Source of the DNA: Catajapyx aquilonaris
Lineage: Eukaryota
DNA length: 47,347 nucleotides
Reading direction: 5' to 3'
NCBI GenBank assembly: GCA_000934665.2
Contig: KZ538791.1
Span: 1 to 47,347 of the forward strand
This document shows positions 33,021 to 45,111 of the stretch, piece after piece. Made by a program: the position numbers and the translations under genes. Numbering within the stretch: the stretch's first letter is position 1; each line of letters opens with the position of its first letter. A model generated the notes under the pieces. The model saw only the letters and a list, made by a program, of their open reading frames with translations, had not been told where the DNA came from and did not search any database.

Positions 33021-36000
33021 CGCCGGCGCCTGTCTCTCATTCCCAGGGCGAACATGGCGATGGGCCTGCAAAGAATCACCGGTGGTTGAAAATGGGACAT
33101 AGGAAATCTGCGCAGCCGTGTCTCTTTCTCCGGTCGTGACATGCAGGCCTGCGACCACACTTTGTCACCGCCAGAAAACCTGCTCAAATATTTAACCCGA
33201 GCCATTTTATTTTCCGAGCCGAGGGCTGACGGCCCCCCCGAACTTGCTACACTGCATTTTCCCTTTGGCTACGGTGAATTTAACCCTTTGGGTGTTTGTG
33301 CGGTAAATTGCTGTCATAAAATAGCCTACAGGCACGACACGTGTGAAGTTTGTGGAAAATGTATAGAGTTTTTTTTTTCTCGTTATATTGTTATAAACAC
33401 TGGTGATATTTCCCCAGTGATATAATATACACTGTAGACATGATCAAGGATTATTTAACTATGGAATCGATCTAATCTTTATTAGCAATGTTGGTCACGA
33501 GCTAATAATGTATGGCTTTACAGTGAAGCCTAAATTGAGATTTGCTTTTCAAACGGAAATGACTGAGATTTATTGAAATAAAGGCAAGCATATAACTTGA
33601 TGGTATTAAAGAGAAGTTGTGTCGGAGCGATATAATCCTCGCTTTGAAGTCAAATGAATGAAAAGCTACCTTTCAAAATGCCATAATCTACTTCGTGATA
33701 CATGCTCGCAATTTCAAACACGGGCCATAGAAAAGCAAACTGATTTTCCCGAGACCTGTGTATTGATATTGCAGCCACTGCTTTCCTTATGAAGGTTTCC
33801 TTATGAAGAATTTACAAGCCCCCTTTTTCCCCGTCATGCAATGGTGCCTTCATGAACCTTTTCCTATACACTTTTGCCTGACTGACAATAGCTGGTGATA
33901 TCCAAACGGTCGCATAAACGACTTAAAAACATCAGAATGTCCTTCAGGAACTATTCTTTAATACTGTATGACCTGTGTTATATGAGGGATAAAGTTGAGT
34001 GACATTATTTTTACTGTTATAACACTCGGTTCATTTGCAACTATGGAAACGGTTTTTGCCATCAAGTTCACACGTACCCCTGGGATTAACGGCCAAAAAA
34101 ATGTCAATAGCCATATATGCTAATAACCCAATGTTCATGCCTATAATTCACAGGAAAACACGTACCAGTAAAAATGCTGAGCCTGGATAAGGCAAAGTGA
34201 CCAAACTGCGTCAGTAGTCAAACCAGTTCTAGCCAAATCTATATCGTAGGACTAGGGTGTTGCTCTGAGTGAGTGCATTATGGATGAAGCAGCCGCCTTT
34301 AGTAATAGTCAGGGAACCCTTAGAAACCGGGGCGCTACGTTTCTGCGATAAAGGGAATCGATGAATCACACGTGCCTGCATAGTTACGCCTCGTGCATGC
34401 GTCTCTAAGTGTGTCTGTCCTGCCTGGCAACTCGGTGAAAAATGCGGGTGCCTTCGTCCATTCCTTATGCATGAGCTGAACTTGGCCTGGGCCTGTAATA
34501 TATGAATAATTGAGTGCTAATTGGTTCTACTTCCAATTCTTGCCATCAATGATTCAGATAAGAATATTACGAGGAAGTCTGGGCGGGTAAAGGTAATAAG
34601 AAAGGTATAACAATTTTGAGCAAACGTTTATTTTCCCATTGAGTGACGTCAAGTGATTCAAGTTTTGTCGCGCGTGTACTGTATGCGTTGCCAATCATTC
34701 GGTGAGACAGGAAGGACACCAATTTAAATATTAGGTCAGAAATGACAACGCAATTATTATTGTAAAAACTTTTCACTCGCTTAATTACTGCACCTTCAAA
34801 GGCTGCAAAGAATACAGGGTGGTGCACTGTACAAGTCCACTGCCTAACAGTGGAGGTGGGAGAGAAGTTGTGGGTGATTTACTCCAGCAAGCAGGTTAAC
34901 AGGGAAGCAACAATCACAAATGCTGAATGTGATACCGTTGTTCCTTCCAATAGGTTGCTTCTCGCATTAACAACCCATAACTTTTCTTGCTCCTCACCTC
35001 TTGAAGAGTGTATTTTTGGCCACTTCACCACCCTGTATAAGCAAACAACGGAACATATTGTACCAATAGAAGGTACTGTACAGTACAAATCTACATCGAC
35101 ACTTTATTCCTAGGAAAAATGCAATAGGTCTACGTCCAAGTGCGTTTGGAATGAGGGTAATGGTACAGTAGATTATTAATAAAATCATTTAGTACTGTAT
35201 TTCCTAATAATGCAATCAGGCATTGGTCTATTCATGTCTCATCTAGTGACTGAATATACAGTATTCAATTCAATTCAATTGTTCAAAAATCGAATTTTTG
35301 CATGTATGTGAGGCAGATATATTTTAAGAGATTCATAAATATTAATGAGTAATGAATAATGTTTAGATATGCATGAAAATACTTTGCATTGCGGTCACAT
35401 ACAATCTTATAAAGGTTCTGGTTAGAAATGCACGAAATCGAAGGGTATGGGGAACGAGACACCTGTATAGGCCTATCTATAGTGCAGGAAATAGGGATAG
35501 ATTCATTTTACGATCGAACATGGCATTTATCCACAGTATGTCATGCAGCATCATATTTCAGCTGATGTTATTGGGGCAAACTGCGTCCTATGCCTAATAA
35601 CTAATGCATGGCTTTGGATGCTCTGTGTATGTAGCAACGACTGCGACGTATACATTACATCGCTAAGACGTCGCATGTCTGATGAACCTTCGATTGCAAA
35701 AGGAATAATAAGTTCAGGTTTACGGCCTGCAATCTGTTTCATGGTCAAGTTCATGACAGGTCGTTGTTTTGTTACTGTTGCTCTCTTTCTCTCTTCAGCT
35801 CGTCATGTGATTATTATCCTTCAATATTGCTCGACGGTACTTGAGCAAAGCTGCAAAACTCACCAGAGATTTTAACTGTTCCGTATATACGCAGTACCTG
35901 CAAAAAAAAAAATCCAATTCGCGAATTTTGTTGCCACATATAGTACAGTACGTACTACGATACAGTTGCGCTAACGTGTTGGAGTACACAAAAGTGGACA

Positions 36001-36379
36001 TTAAAGTAGATAGAAGTAGATTAAACATATTAAAAGTTGATATTAAAAGCCTTTTAAATATATCTATGGTGGCATCACAGCAACACCACAGCTAACTATA
36101 ATATCGTGGGCAGGCAGGAGAAACCCACCCAGCCTAAAATAAGAACCAGTTTGGAGATAATCCATGGGAAAGATTCGACCTTTCACTTGTTTACAAGCTA
36201 GTGAAGGTAGCAAATCCTGAATTGCTGGCTCATTATGAATCTTTAGTATACGGTACTACTATACATGGACTTCAACAGGCGATATAACAGAAAAATTATT
36301 ATTAGTGGTGTAAATAGCCTCCAAAATGGAACTTAGTGGATTTCACTTGTATGCCCAGATATTATTGGTAAATAACCAG

Positions 36380-36616
36380 CAAACACGATGTCGTGGTTAT
36401 CGCCACAGTCTTCCACCTGTGAGGTCCCGAATTCGATCACCTAAATCGGACAGAGGTATTTTTCATGTGCAAATAGTTTGGATCGGTTCTCTCCGTGTTC
36501 GCATGAGGTTATCCCGCTTTCTGCAATATCAAAAATCCATCAGCAGAGCAGCAGTTGAATTAAATCCATAATTTAAAAGACAATCCGCTGTAAGAAGCCA
36601 CTTGCTTATCATAGGG

Positions 36617-36685
<69 letters not shown>
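36380..36685 (+). mobile_element. Old tRNA-derived SINE with V/Meta-like core, ending in (TAC)23
   Basis: Degenerate A/B boxes (gtcgtggtt; gaattcgatcac), core gttctctccgtgttcgcatgaggttatccc, microsatellite tail. Confidence 0.5.
36617..36685. repeat. (TAC)23 microsatellite
   Basis: Perfect trinucleotide run. Confidence 0.97.
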
Positions 36686-36686
<1 letters not shown>

Positions 36687-37262
36687 GGTTAACCAGCACC
36701 TTAACTACAGCTAATTTTCAGTTGGTATCCGTAGTTCATTATTTGGATAATGTAGTTTTCCCTGTGCCCTGTGGCGTAAAATAACTATAATTGCTTTGTA
36801 ATATGCTCCTGTCAGTTCCATTTTGTTTGCACTGTGTGTACTGCATGTGTTTTTGTATTGTGGGGTTTCACTACCTAAACAGCATGCAACAGCTTTCAAA
36901 TTGAAACTCGATATTTTTAGTTTTTTACACAAGCAGATAAAGTCATAAAATTTAAACGGCCAATATATATTTTATTAAATGCTGCAGCAATGTTTGTGGG
37001 AAGGAACGAAAGCAAATGTGTCTATCTGGCTATCAGAGTGACATCCGGGTTTCAGCACGCAGCCAATGGGAATGAGCTCTCTTAACAAATCCTGGTTCGC
37101 CGCTTCCGCTGCAACAATGAATTTGCAATCATATTGGTGGGACTGTATAATGCAATAAATATACAATATAACCTACTAAAACTGGACCGTGTCGAGAGCC
37201 AATTAGCTCCTGACAGTGTCAACATAAATAGTGTCCAAAGTCCAAGTTGGAAGAGATTATCT

Positions 37263-37808
37263 TCTAGTATATATAAAGCCCCTATCCTAGGAGGAGGAGG
37301 AGGAGGATGAAAAAGATATCGCACTTCCCGGCGTCGCAGAGATCTCGGACTTACACCGTTGGATTTCCAGCCTCGGTATACCAATGCCAAAAATCATCAT
37401 AATCGCAAAATTCCCAGCCGTTTTCGAGATGGCCAAATTAAATGCAGACGAAAATTCGAGATGGCCAAATTAATGTATCCGCCAACTCCCCCGGATCCCC
37501 GAGAACAATGGCCCACCCACTCCTCTCCACCCGCTGTCACTCAAACCTGCTGTGGGAATGATACGTCACAGATGGTCCCTTGTCCATCATCCCAATCGCT
37601 GTTTTCAACGATACGTCACAGAGGGCACGTTCGCATTCTCCTCATGGCTACCGGTGACGTCACTGATTTCTGTAAGCGAATGGATTAGGCGTAATACGGG
37701 CACCGCGCCGAAGGCGCGCAAGTGGGGCGCAGCCCCACCGGGGGGTCCNNNNNNNNNNNNNNNGGGGGGGGGGGGGGGCAGAGCCCCACCGGCTCGCAAA
37801 GCGAGTTC
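37263..37808 (+). mobile_element. Probable non-autonomous Helitron-like element
   Basis: 5' TCTAGTATATATAAAG start; internal direct repeats (ttcgagatggccaaattaa x2, gatacgtcacaga x2); 3' cluster of four GC-rich mini-hairpins. No canonical CTRR end seen; 15-N gap inside. Confidence 0.45.
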
Positions 37809-40669
37809 ATAATTATATGGTCCATCAGATTCAACATACAGTACATGACAATAAATATGTGCAGTTCTCAAACTATATTCTCGAAGTTGCTTGTTCAGCC
37901 GGTTCAGCAGTTAGCACCGCACCCTTATAAACGCAATAAGCGCAACCAACCAAAAGTGTAGGCCTATTTAAGTTTCTAATTAATTGAACTCAGCAAATCA
38001 AACCATACAAGGCTCTGTTCTAACTTTTGCAATGAGAACCTATAAAGTTCTACTCTTTGCACCCACTACTTGAGTCCGCAGAAAATGTGTTTTCTTGTAA
38101 GCTATAGATTTCAGCTAAGACTAATATTCCGGCCTTCCATTTGATCTCAATGACTTCTCAGCCTCTCTCCAGATATTTTAATACTACCTGGCTAACAATA
38201 GGCCTATCCGCCTTGTGTTCTAAAAGGCTTAATAAATAATAAAATAACTTCGCAGCTGACGAATGCCAGCTTGAACAAAATGACGTCACGCCGCCTTCAC
38301 TTGCCTCTTAGTTTCAAGCCGTACAATAAATACCTCGGAAGTGATGCTCAGAAAACGCGGAAATTGAGCAACTATGACAAGGTCGGTTATAAAAACGGAT
38401 TGCTGGGTTAAATGCCTTTGGGTGTGTTTTGGGGGGACTTGTTTCTGTGCATGCGACACTAATGGAATTCGGATGTAAAGAGGGCCGCTGCAGCAAAGTT
38501 GTGAGGGGGGGGGGGGNTTCTGCTGGCGAAAAGGGCGTTGCGACACTTTCTCACTGCTTTGCGTGCACATTAGATTATGTAACTGTAACGAGGACTTGTA
38601 TATGTTCTGAATACATGCCTGTATGTTTCTGGTAACCGTTGTCAACGTGGTCAGTGCTTACGGAAAGCTTGAGGGGGCACCAGCTTCGATTTTTCTATTT
38701 TTTTTTTTGTTTCTTGCAAACACCAACAGCCATCTTTGGCCAAATGGTCAAGTGGAACCAAACTGCTGGGGAGTCTCTCAAAAGTTTGATACTCCCTTTA
38801 GAAAAAAACGTACTCCAATAGTTCCAAACTACTTTTGGGTTTCAAAGAATCTGACAATACCACACTGTAAAACAAAACAAAAAAAAACCAGATAATTCGG
38901 AAACACCAATATTAAAGCAACATACTGCAACAAAACCCCAATTACTCGAGCATGTCTTTTAAATCCGTTTGGCATAATTATTATACAGGGTGTTCCTACT
39001 CAAATGTGTACGATTTAGTTGGATATTTTTGCCCCTGATTATTTTTAAGTAGTTATAGGCCCTACTTTGGAGAAGGTTGAGAGGTTATCAAAAGTGCGTG
39101 AGTCCATCCTTTTCAATGCCTGCAAGGGGATCTGGACAGCAAAATTATTATTTTTAAGGCTTCCAGTTCTGCCGTTGACGTTCGATTCCATCAGTTTTGT
39201 TCCAAATATCTATTCATAATATATTAAATGCTTCAATATATGGTCCAATTCGGCATAATATTATCATCGAATACGGCTTTTGATAGCCACTAACAGTCCC
39301 TACTCCAAAGTATAATGAGCAGCTTATAGATCTCTAAAAATTGCTAACCGAAACAGGCATTTCTCCTGATAAGAATTATCGATGAAATGAACTATTTTAC
39401 TGTAAGTTATTAGTTCCATGTTGAACTGTTACTATCACTATAATATTCTCTGTTCCAGGATTCAATCCAGCAGGAAAGATGTTTTTATCGATTACAACTA
39501 AATCATATTGTCATCAAAAGAAAGAGGCCGGTCATTCTAAGTTTCTTTCTGCGTGGCAACAGTGTGCCTATTTTTAGGATGTGGCGGTCTTGTGGATCCA
39601 TTATTAAGCAGGACCTGGGGCTAAGCCAGAGAAGTATCCTTAGTTTTCGTATTCCCTCAAATGTGAATTTTCTCTTCTTTAAAAAAAAAAACACTTACGT
39701 CTCTCCTGATAGGTGCAACCCATTGAACAGCTAGGCTCATCGTGGTTTAATATGCATAGCTAATAACTTTCAGACGTGCATGACTTGCTTTACTCACGCC
39801 ATGCAATAGTATGGTCGATAACCTGTTAGTTCATGTAGCGTATCTGTTTATATGGGGACAATTTATGGTCGTCCCGGTATTACCATATTTGTCACGACCC
39901 TGGAATGATTTTTACTTTATACAACTTCTTTAAAACTGAAAAATGTTGCTCTTCACCATACTAATGGTGGACGTAACCGAGCCGGAAGGGAGTAAAGTAA
40001 TAATGGATAAGGTCCAAGTTTTGGCGACAATCTCTCGAATTTTGCCACCGAGTGAATTGAGGCCAAGGAAGGGAAAACCTACTCGTACATTTGCATGAAA
40101 TTACAAGTCAAGCAAAGCTTGATGAATATCTGTGCAGATTAATTACTCTTGCAAATGTGTGCACATCATTTTTAGCACCAGGTTGCATTAAAATCAAAAT
40201 ATTAAAAAAATACTGTAGTCACATTTTCCAGTCATAATTGAAATGTGCACAGTAATAAAAGTGCTAAAATCAGTATTATCTCTAAACACGAATTGTAATG
40301 GCTTGCATTAGATACTATACAGGTACCAAATAAGGCAATTCCCCTGGGGGATACGGTGGTTTAGTGATTATACCAGGATTATACCATTGGCCAGACAATC
40401 AAATCCCGTCACATTCACTTGGTCGCGTCTTTGAGGTCCATGAAATGTAACAGGTGTTCAGTGTCAAGGATTAAGGGCCTGTAACCTGTAGATATCAGAT
40501 ATGACGGCCAGCAACCGAGAAATAGCCACCTATAATTGATAAATAACTGCTAGTAACCGACAGTGACCTCCTCCAGAGGGATTTTTGGCAATCATATCGA
40601 GATGCAACGGAGTATATAAATGAAAAATATGCTCACGCAGGGGAATGTGAAGGCAACTCCGGTGGGACC

Positions 40670-41838
40670 TTCAGAAAAAATATAATCGGTAGCGTCATAC
40701 GCATATCTATGAATTCCTTTTAAGAGCTCTGGCAAATTTAATTTAGTGGCTGAGCAAACAAAAAAGAAAGCCCTTGTTGCAATAAATGGTCTTTGACCAA
40801 CGCTGATAAATTTAAAACTCCGGATCTGCAAATAGCCATGAAACTCTTTCCCTCCCATATCATACCAATACTCATGTAGAGTACAATGCGCACATATGGG
40901 GCCCAAATCATTTGGATGTGATAAACCAGGTACAAATTTTCTTTATTAAAAATGTCTTGGTTTTCCCAAAAACACAGCAAATTATTTTATTTATTTGGAA
41001 ACAGGAGTACTACCCCTATAACATCAGTGTTAATAAAATTAGTCATTAATAACATGCAAAAATTAATTAATATGGACAACCAGAGGCTAGTAAAAGAAGC
41101 CTACAATATTATTACTCCATGAAAACCAACCTCGAAAATCCAACACTCAGGGAAAAGCTGAGTTTTGCCTGCAATAATAGTATACAAAAGAACGGAGTAA
41201 ACTGGAGTGACCTCTTCATAGATATATTTTCAAACATTGAAATCATAAATAGTCTACATAATACATACCAAAAAACTAATATTATGAATATGCTACAGCA
41301 CACCACCAGATACACACACTACAGAGAAATTAAATCCAGTTTTGAAAAAGAACACTACTTGTCGTATGGTTTACCGATAACACAGACTAGAATGATATGT
41401 AACCTAAGAAACAATACAAAATTCTTACGTGTGAAAGACAGTGCTATATAAAACTATACGTTGACGATTTTTGTGAATGGTGTGACACGCAAGAACCTCT
41501 GACAGCGTACCACATACTATACCGTATGAATGCAGATATTTTGAGGTCCCCAGAAAAAGAAACTTGTATACGACTTGCCCTCCTATCCTCCAACGCATTT
41601 CCATCTTCTGTTTCAAGATATAACCAAAAAAAAAATCTGTCTATTTTCTTTTTTTCATAATGTAAACAAAAGGATAAAGTTTTCAATGTATTAATCAAGA
41701 GTTAAATAGAAAATGCAAACCCTATTAATGTCGTAGGCCTAATGTAGAAATTGGGAATATATCCCCCGAAACAGGGCTCGGCTAGAGCACTGAGCAAGGG
41801 GTATGTAAATAAATAAAAATAAATAAATATACATAAAT
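40670..41838 (+). mobile_element. 5'-truncated degenerate LINE (RTEX-like RT C-terminus + CCHC finger), 15-bp TSD
   Basis: TSD aactccggtgg(g/a)acc at 40655-40669 and 41839-41853. Remnants SYAYL*IPFKSSGKF, YGAQI, NTANYFIYLETG, MDNQRLVKEAY, CEWCDTQEPLTAYHIL.EC; (TAAA)n tail. Confidence 0.85.
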
Positions 41839-43096
41839 AACTCCGGTGGAACCAAATAATAATAATTCATCTTCCGACTAGATTTCGGATTCCTATTAAC
41901 AAATACGGTTCGAGGTATACTCGGAACATGACCTTATTTTCTTATTCGCCCCATCCTCACCCCTGTAAATATTTTAAAATAATTTTATTAATAACATTTT
42001 GGTGCTTTGCTCAATAAAGCCCTGCATGCATGAAGTGGCGTGTAAGAAACCTTTTTGACTGTGCTATTTTATTTCACATTGTATATTTTGGATTGTAAAG
42101 CTTTCCCCTCCACATCTAACTGTACCGACGTTTTCTTTATCGCGCTGTTACAACTGTTACAAGGCGAGCAGTCAGCGGGAAGACAGACTTTGTTAAAGTC
42201 AGTCCTGTTTCGTCTTTGGGGAACCTTGTTCTCTTACCGTATACCTCAAGCTTCCATTGCACCTTTTCCGCTGCGTAACCCGGTTACATGGGGCCTGTTT
42301 TTCACCACTTGTATAATAAGTAGAAGCCTGTAAACTAGTAACGGGTTATGAAGGGTTATCTCTTGTAACCGCTTGTAAGCACCGATAGCTAACCATAACC
42401 GGTGTACACTTGGGGAAGTTGCTAACCCTTTAGGTAGTAGACACATTCTAGATGCGAATAGTCTGGTAGCCGCACAGAAAATATGTAAAATTCCCCTCTA
42501 TGCATTAGCTAGTATAGTCTACTGAGGTAACAAAATAACGCTACACATACGGTACTGTTATAAATAATGATTATGTGATTAGAATAATCGCTTCTCTAAT
42601 ATAAATGTTTTACCACTGCAAAACAAATGAGAACCCTGCATGCAAAATGTAATTACCCAACCCCGTTGTTCTTTTTTGTTCATTGGCGCAGTTTATTTCT
42701 AAATAAACAGGCTACTGTTTCAGTACAGTACCTAGTGTGATAGTGAAGATGAATGAAAACTGCAGATTTTATGAAGCATTCCGAGTACCATGGGGCAGGG
42801 AGGGGGCTTCTGTGTCCTGACAACCCCGAGAGCTATATCGGCGGTAACTTCGTAGACTAGCGACCATTGCACATTTTGAGATTTCAATACTGGTAGTCCC
42901 CGGTTTATGAACTTACTAGGTAGCCAGTTGCCAAAAAAAAACGATGATATCTCCACCTTATCGTGGTGATGGGGGGGGGGGGGGGGNGCTGCGTTTCTCC
43001 CATGACCCAGAGAGCTATGCCGGCGGTAGCTTCGTCTACTGGTAGGGCCATCCAAGCCGGACAGGTCTTTGGGATAGGAGACAGACTAAGAGAGAT

Positions 43097-43942
43097 ATCA
43101 GTCTTTCCTCTCTTCTTTTTCCTCTTCGTTTCTCCCTCCATCTGTCCCACCTTTGCTTCTTCTATTATATCTATTATACGAGTATAGCCATATCTATTAT
43201 ATAGCCATCTCTATATCCCAGCCAGCTCTGATATTCTGATATTCTGATGATATTCTGATGATATTCTGATATTCTGATGATCCTGGATGTCACCACTCCA
43301 TTCGAGAACCGTCCGGAGGCGTTGGCGGAGGCCCGAAGGCTGAAGGAAGTGAAGTATGCGGCCATTGCTGACCATTATCGGCCTAATTTCAGGAGGGTCA
43401 CCGTAGATGCTATTGTAGTTGGGGCCTTGGGAAGCTGGGACCCAGCTAATGATCGGGTAATGAGAAGGCTCTGCGGCAGATCATACCTGAAGCGACTGCC
43501 TGCGGTGGTCACGCAATGTCTACATCGAGCACATCACTGGAGTGAGGCAGTTCTAACTTTGCCTGCTTGTTTATGTAAAACGTCCCTGTTTGTTTATGTA
43601 AAACCCCCCCATGGGTGTCATAATGTCTTTTGTTTATGTTATTACAGCTGTGACCAATTTTTTAAATATGGCATAGTGTTTTGCTGGGTTTACATGATTG
43701 TGTGTCTATATGTGGCATGTTGAATTATGTTTTTAAAACATTGTTTACAGTTTTTATGTCGTTATGACCATCAGCATTTGAGATATTCAAGTCAAAGACA
43801 TAAATAAAAATCAGTCTTTCCTCTCTTCTTTTTCCTCTTCGTTTCTCTCTCCATCTGTCCCACCTTTGCTTCTTCTATTATATCTATTATACGAGTATAG
43901 CCATATCTATTGTATAGCCATCTCTATATCCCAGCCAGCTCT
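43097..43942. repeat. 133-bp direct repeat pair (43097-43229, 43810-43942)
   Basis: 131/133 identical by manual alignment. Confidence 0.95.
43230..43809 (+). mobile_element. 5'-truncated Utopia/NeSL-clade non-LTR retrotransposon (restriction-like endonuclease C-terminus + 3'UTR)
   Basis: ILDVTTPFENRPEALAEARRLKEVKY...VDAIVVGALGSWDPAND..RRLCGRSYLK then, after a frameshift, LRWSRNVYIEHITGVRQF* (stop 43554-43556). AT-rich 3'UTR ending aataaaa; flanked by a 133-bp direct repeat. Confidence 0.88.
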
Positions 43943-44003
43943 ATATCTATATCCCACTATAGCCCACTATATCTATAGCCCAGCCAGCTCTACATCTATT
44001 ATA

Positions 44004-44331
44004 CAGGGTGTCTCATCTTTTTTGTCCGAACAGTTATCGGAAAATTGCGCGTAGCTGCTACTTTTTAAGCAGTGACTTGCAAACGGTGATTTTTCGGAGG
44101 AACAGGGAATATTCCCTGCGAATCGTAGGTTGAAGTGGCATACGTGCTACCCGCTGAAAATCGAGGAGCAAGCCTGGAAAAAACAGGGTCACACATGCCA
44201 TGAGATGTGTGACCCTCTTTTTCCCCATTCCCCATTCCTCCGACAAATCACCAGTTGCAATCACTGCTTAAAAATAGCAGCTACGCGCAATTTTCCGATA
44301 ACTGTTCGAACAAAAAAGATGAGATACCCTG
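44004..44331. mobile_element. Tc1/mariner-type MITE with ~105-bp TIRs
   Basis: TA + cagggtgtctcatcttttttg... / ...caaaaaagatgagataccctg + TA. Confidence 0.9.
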
Positions 44332-44360
44332 TATAGGGTATAGCCATTATATCTATTATA

Positions 44361-45111
44361 CAGGGTGTATCTGAACTCAGTGCCCCGACGTATATGACTG
44401 CCTTCCTAGCCACCAGAGGATCGATTTAAGTATAGGAGTCATTATGTCTGGCCGCCGCATTACTGAGATAATTATTGGCCGCACACATGTAGTACAAAAT
44501 ATCTTGTCGGTTAGGCCACCCATCGAACCCTCCCCCAGTCAGAAGGCTCTGGAAGGTCTGGGGGCGGGACTTTGTTGGTTTTTTGCCCACAGGTGGTAAG
44601 GCCTCTTTGGCTAGTAATAATAATTAATAATTTGATACCCCATTATCAGCCTACGGGCTTTCCTAGGGGGGGATTTCTCCCAATTTTTTTTGTCTGGAAC
44701 TCTTCCATTTTTACTATTTTTCTCATCACCGGAATGAAGCAGGGAAAGGGTAGGAAGAAGGCGGCTGTGGCCTATATTGGTAACGACCCCGGAATTATCC
44801 TGCAGGGACCATGGGAAACCACAGAAAACCATGGTCAGGGTTGCCGGCCTCCGGGATTCGAATCCAGGACCTCCCGATTAGCAGTCGGTCACGGTCACCA
44901 TACCACTACACCACTACTGCTTCGGTCTCTTTGGCTAGTTACACCAGAAAATTCTCTTTAAAAGTCAGAAGGAGCGATTAGGCAAAAATCGCTAAAGAGA
45001 GTATCTCAGTAATGAGGCTGCCCAGACATGTGACTCCTATACTTAAATCGATCCTCTGGTGGCTAGGAAGGCAGTCATATACGTCTGTGCACTGAGTTCA
45101 GATACACCCTG
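44361..45111. mobile_element. Tc1/mariner-type MITE with ~110-bp TIRs, containing SINE copy 4
   Basis: TA + cagggtgtatctgaactcagtgc... / ...gcactgagttcagatacaccctg + TA. Confidence 0.9.
44616..44926 (-). mobile_element. tRNA-derived SINE, copy 4 (head A + core + tail, no module B), 13-bp TSD
   Basis: TSD ctctttggctagt at 44603-44615 and 44927-44939; same head and core as copies 1 and 2. Confidence 0.9.

Noticed and set aside
32767..33205. Overlapping ORFs with poly-Glu/Gln, poly-Leu or poly-Pro
   Set aside because: Produced by a CTT/CCT low-complexity tract that is open in several frames; no splice or domain support.
33279..34089. Possible TTAA-bounded piggyBac-like element
   Set aside because: The left end TTAACCCTTT is plausible, but the putative right TIR matches too poorly.
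36602..36784. Poly-Tyr ORF
   Set aside because: Translation of the (TAC)23 microsatellite.
39340..39830. Splice-like signals on both strands and a ~90-codon open frame after 39459
   Set aside because: No coherent exon chain or recognisable peptide could be built.
42587..42597. ATCGCTTCTC, matching the first 10 nt of U2 snRNA, near the Utopia-like fragment
   Set aside because: The match stops at 10 nt and is ~640 bp from the insertion; compatible with chance.
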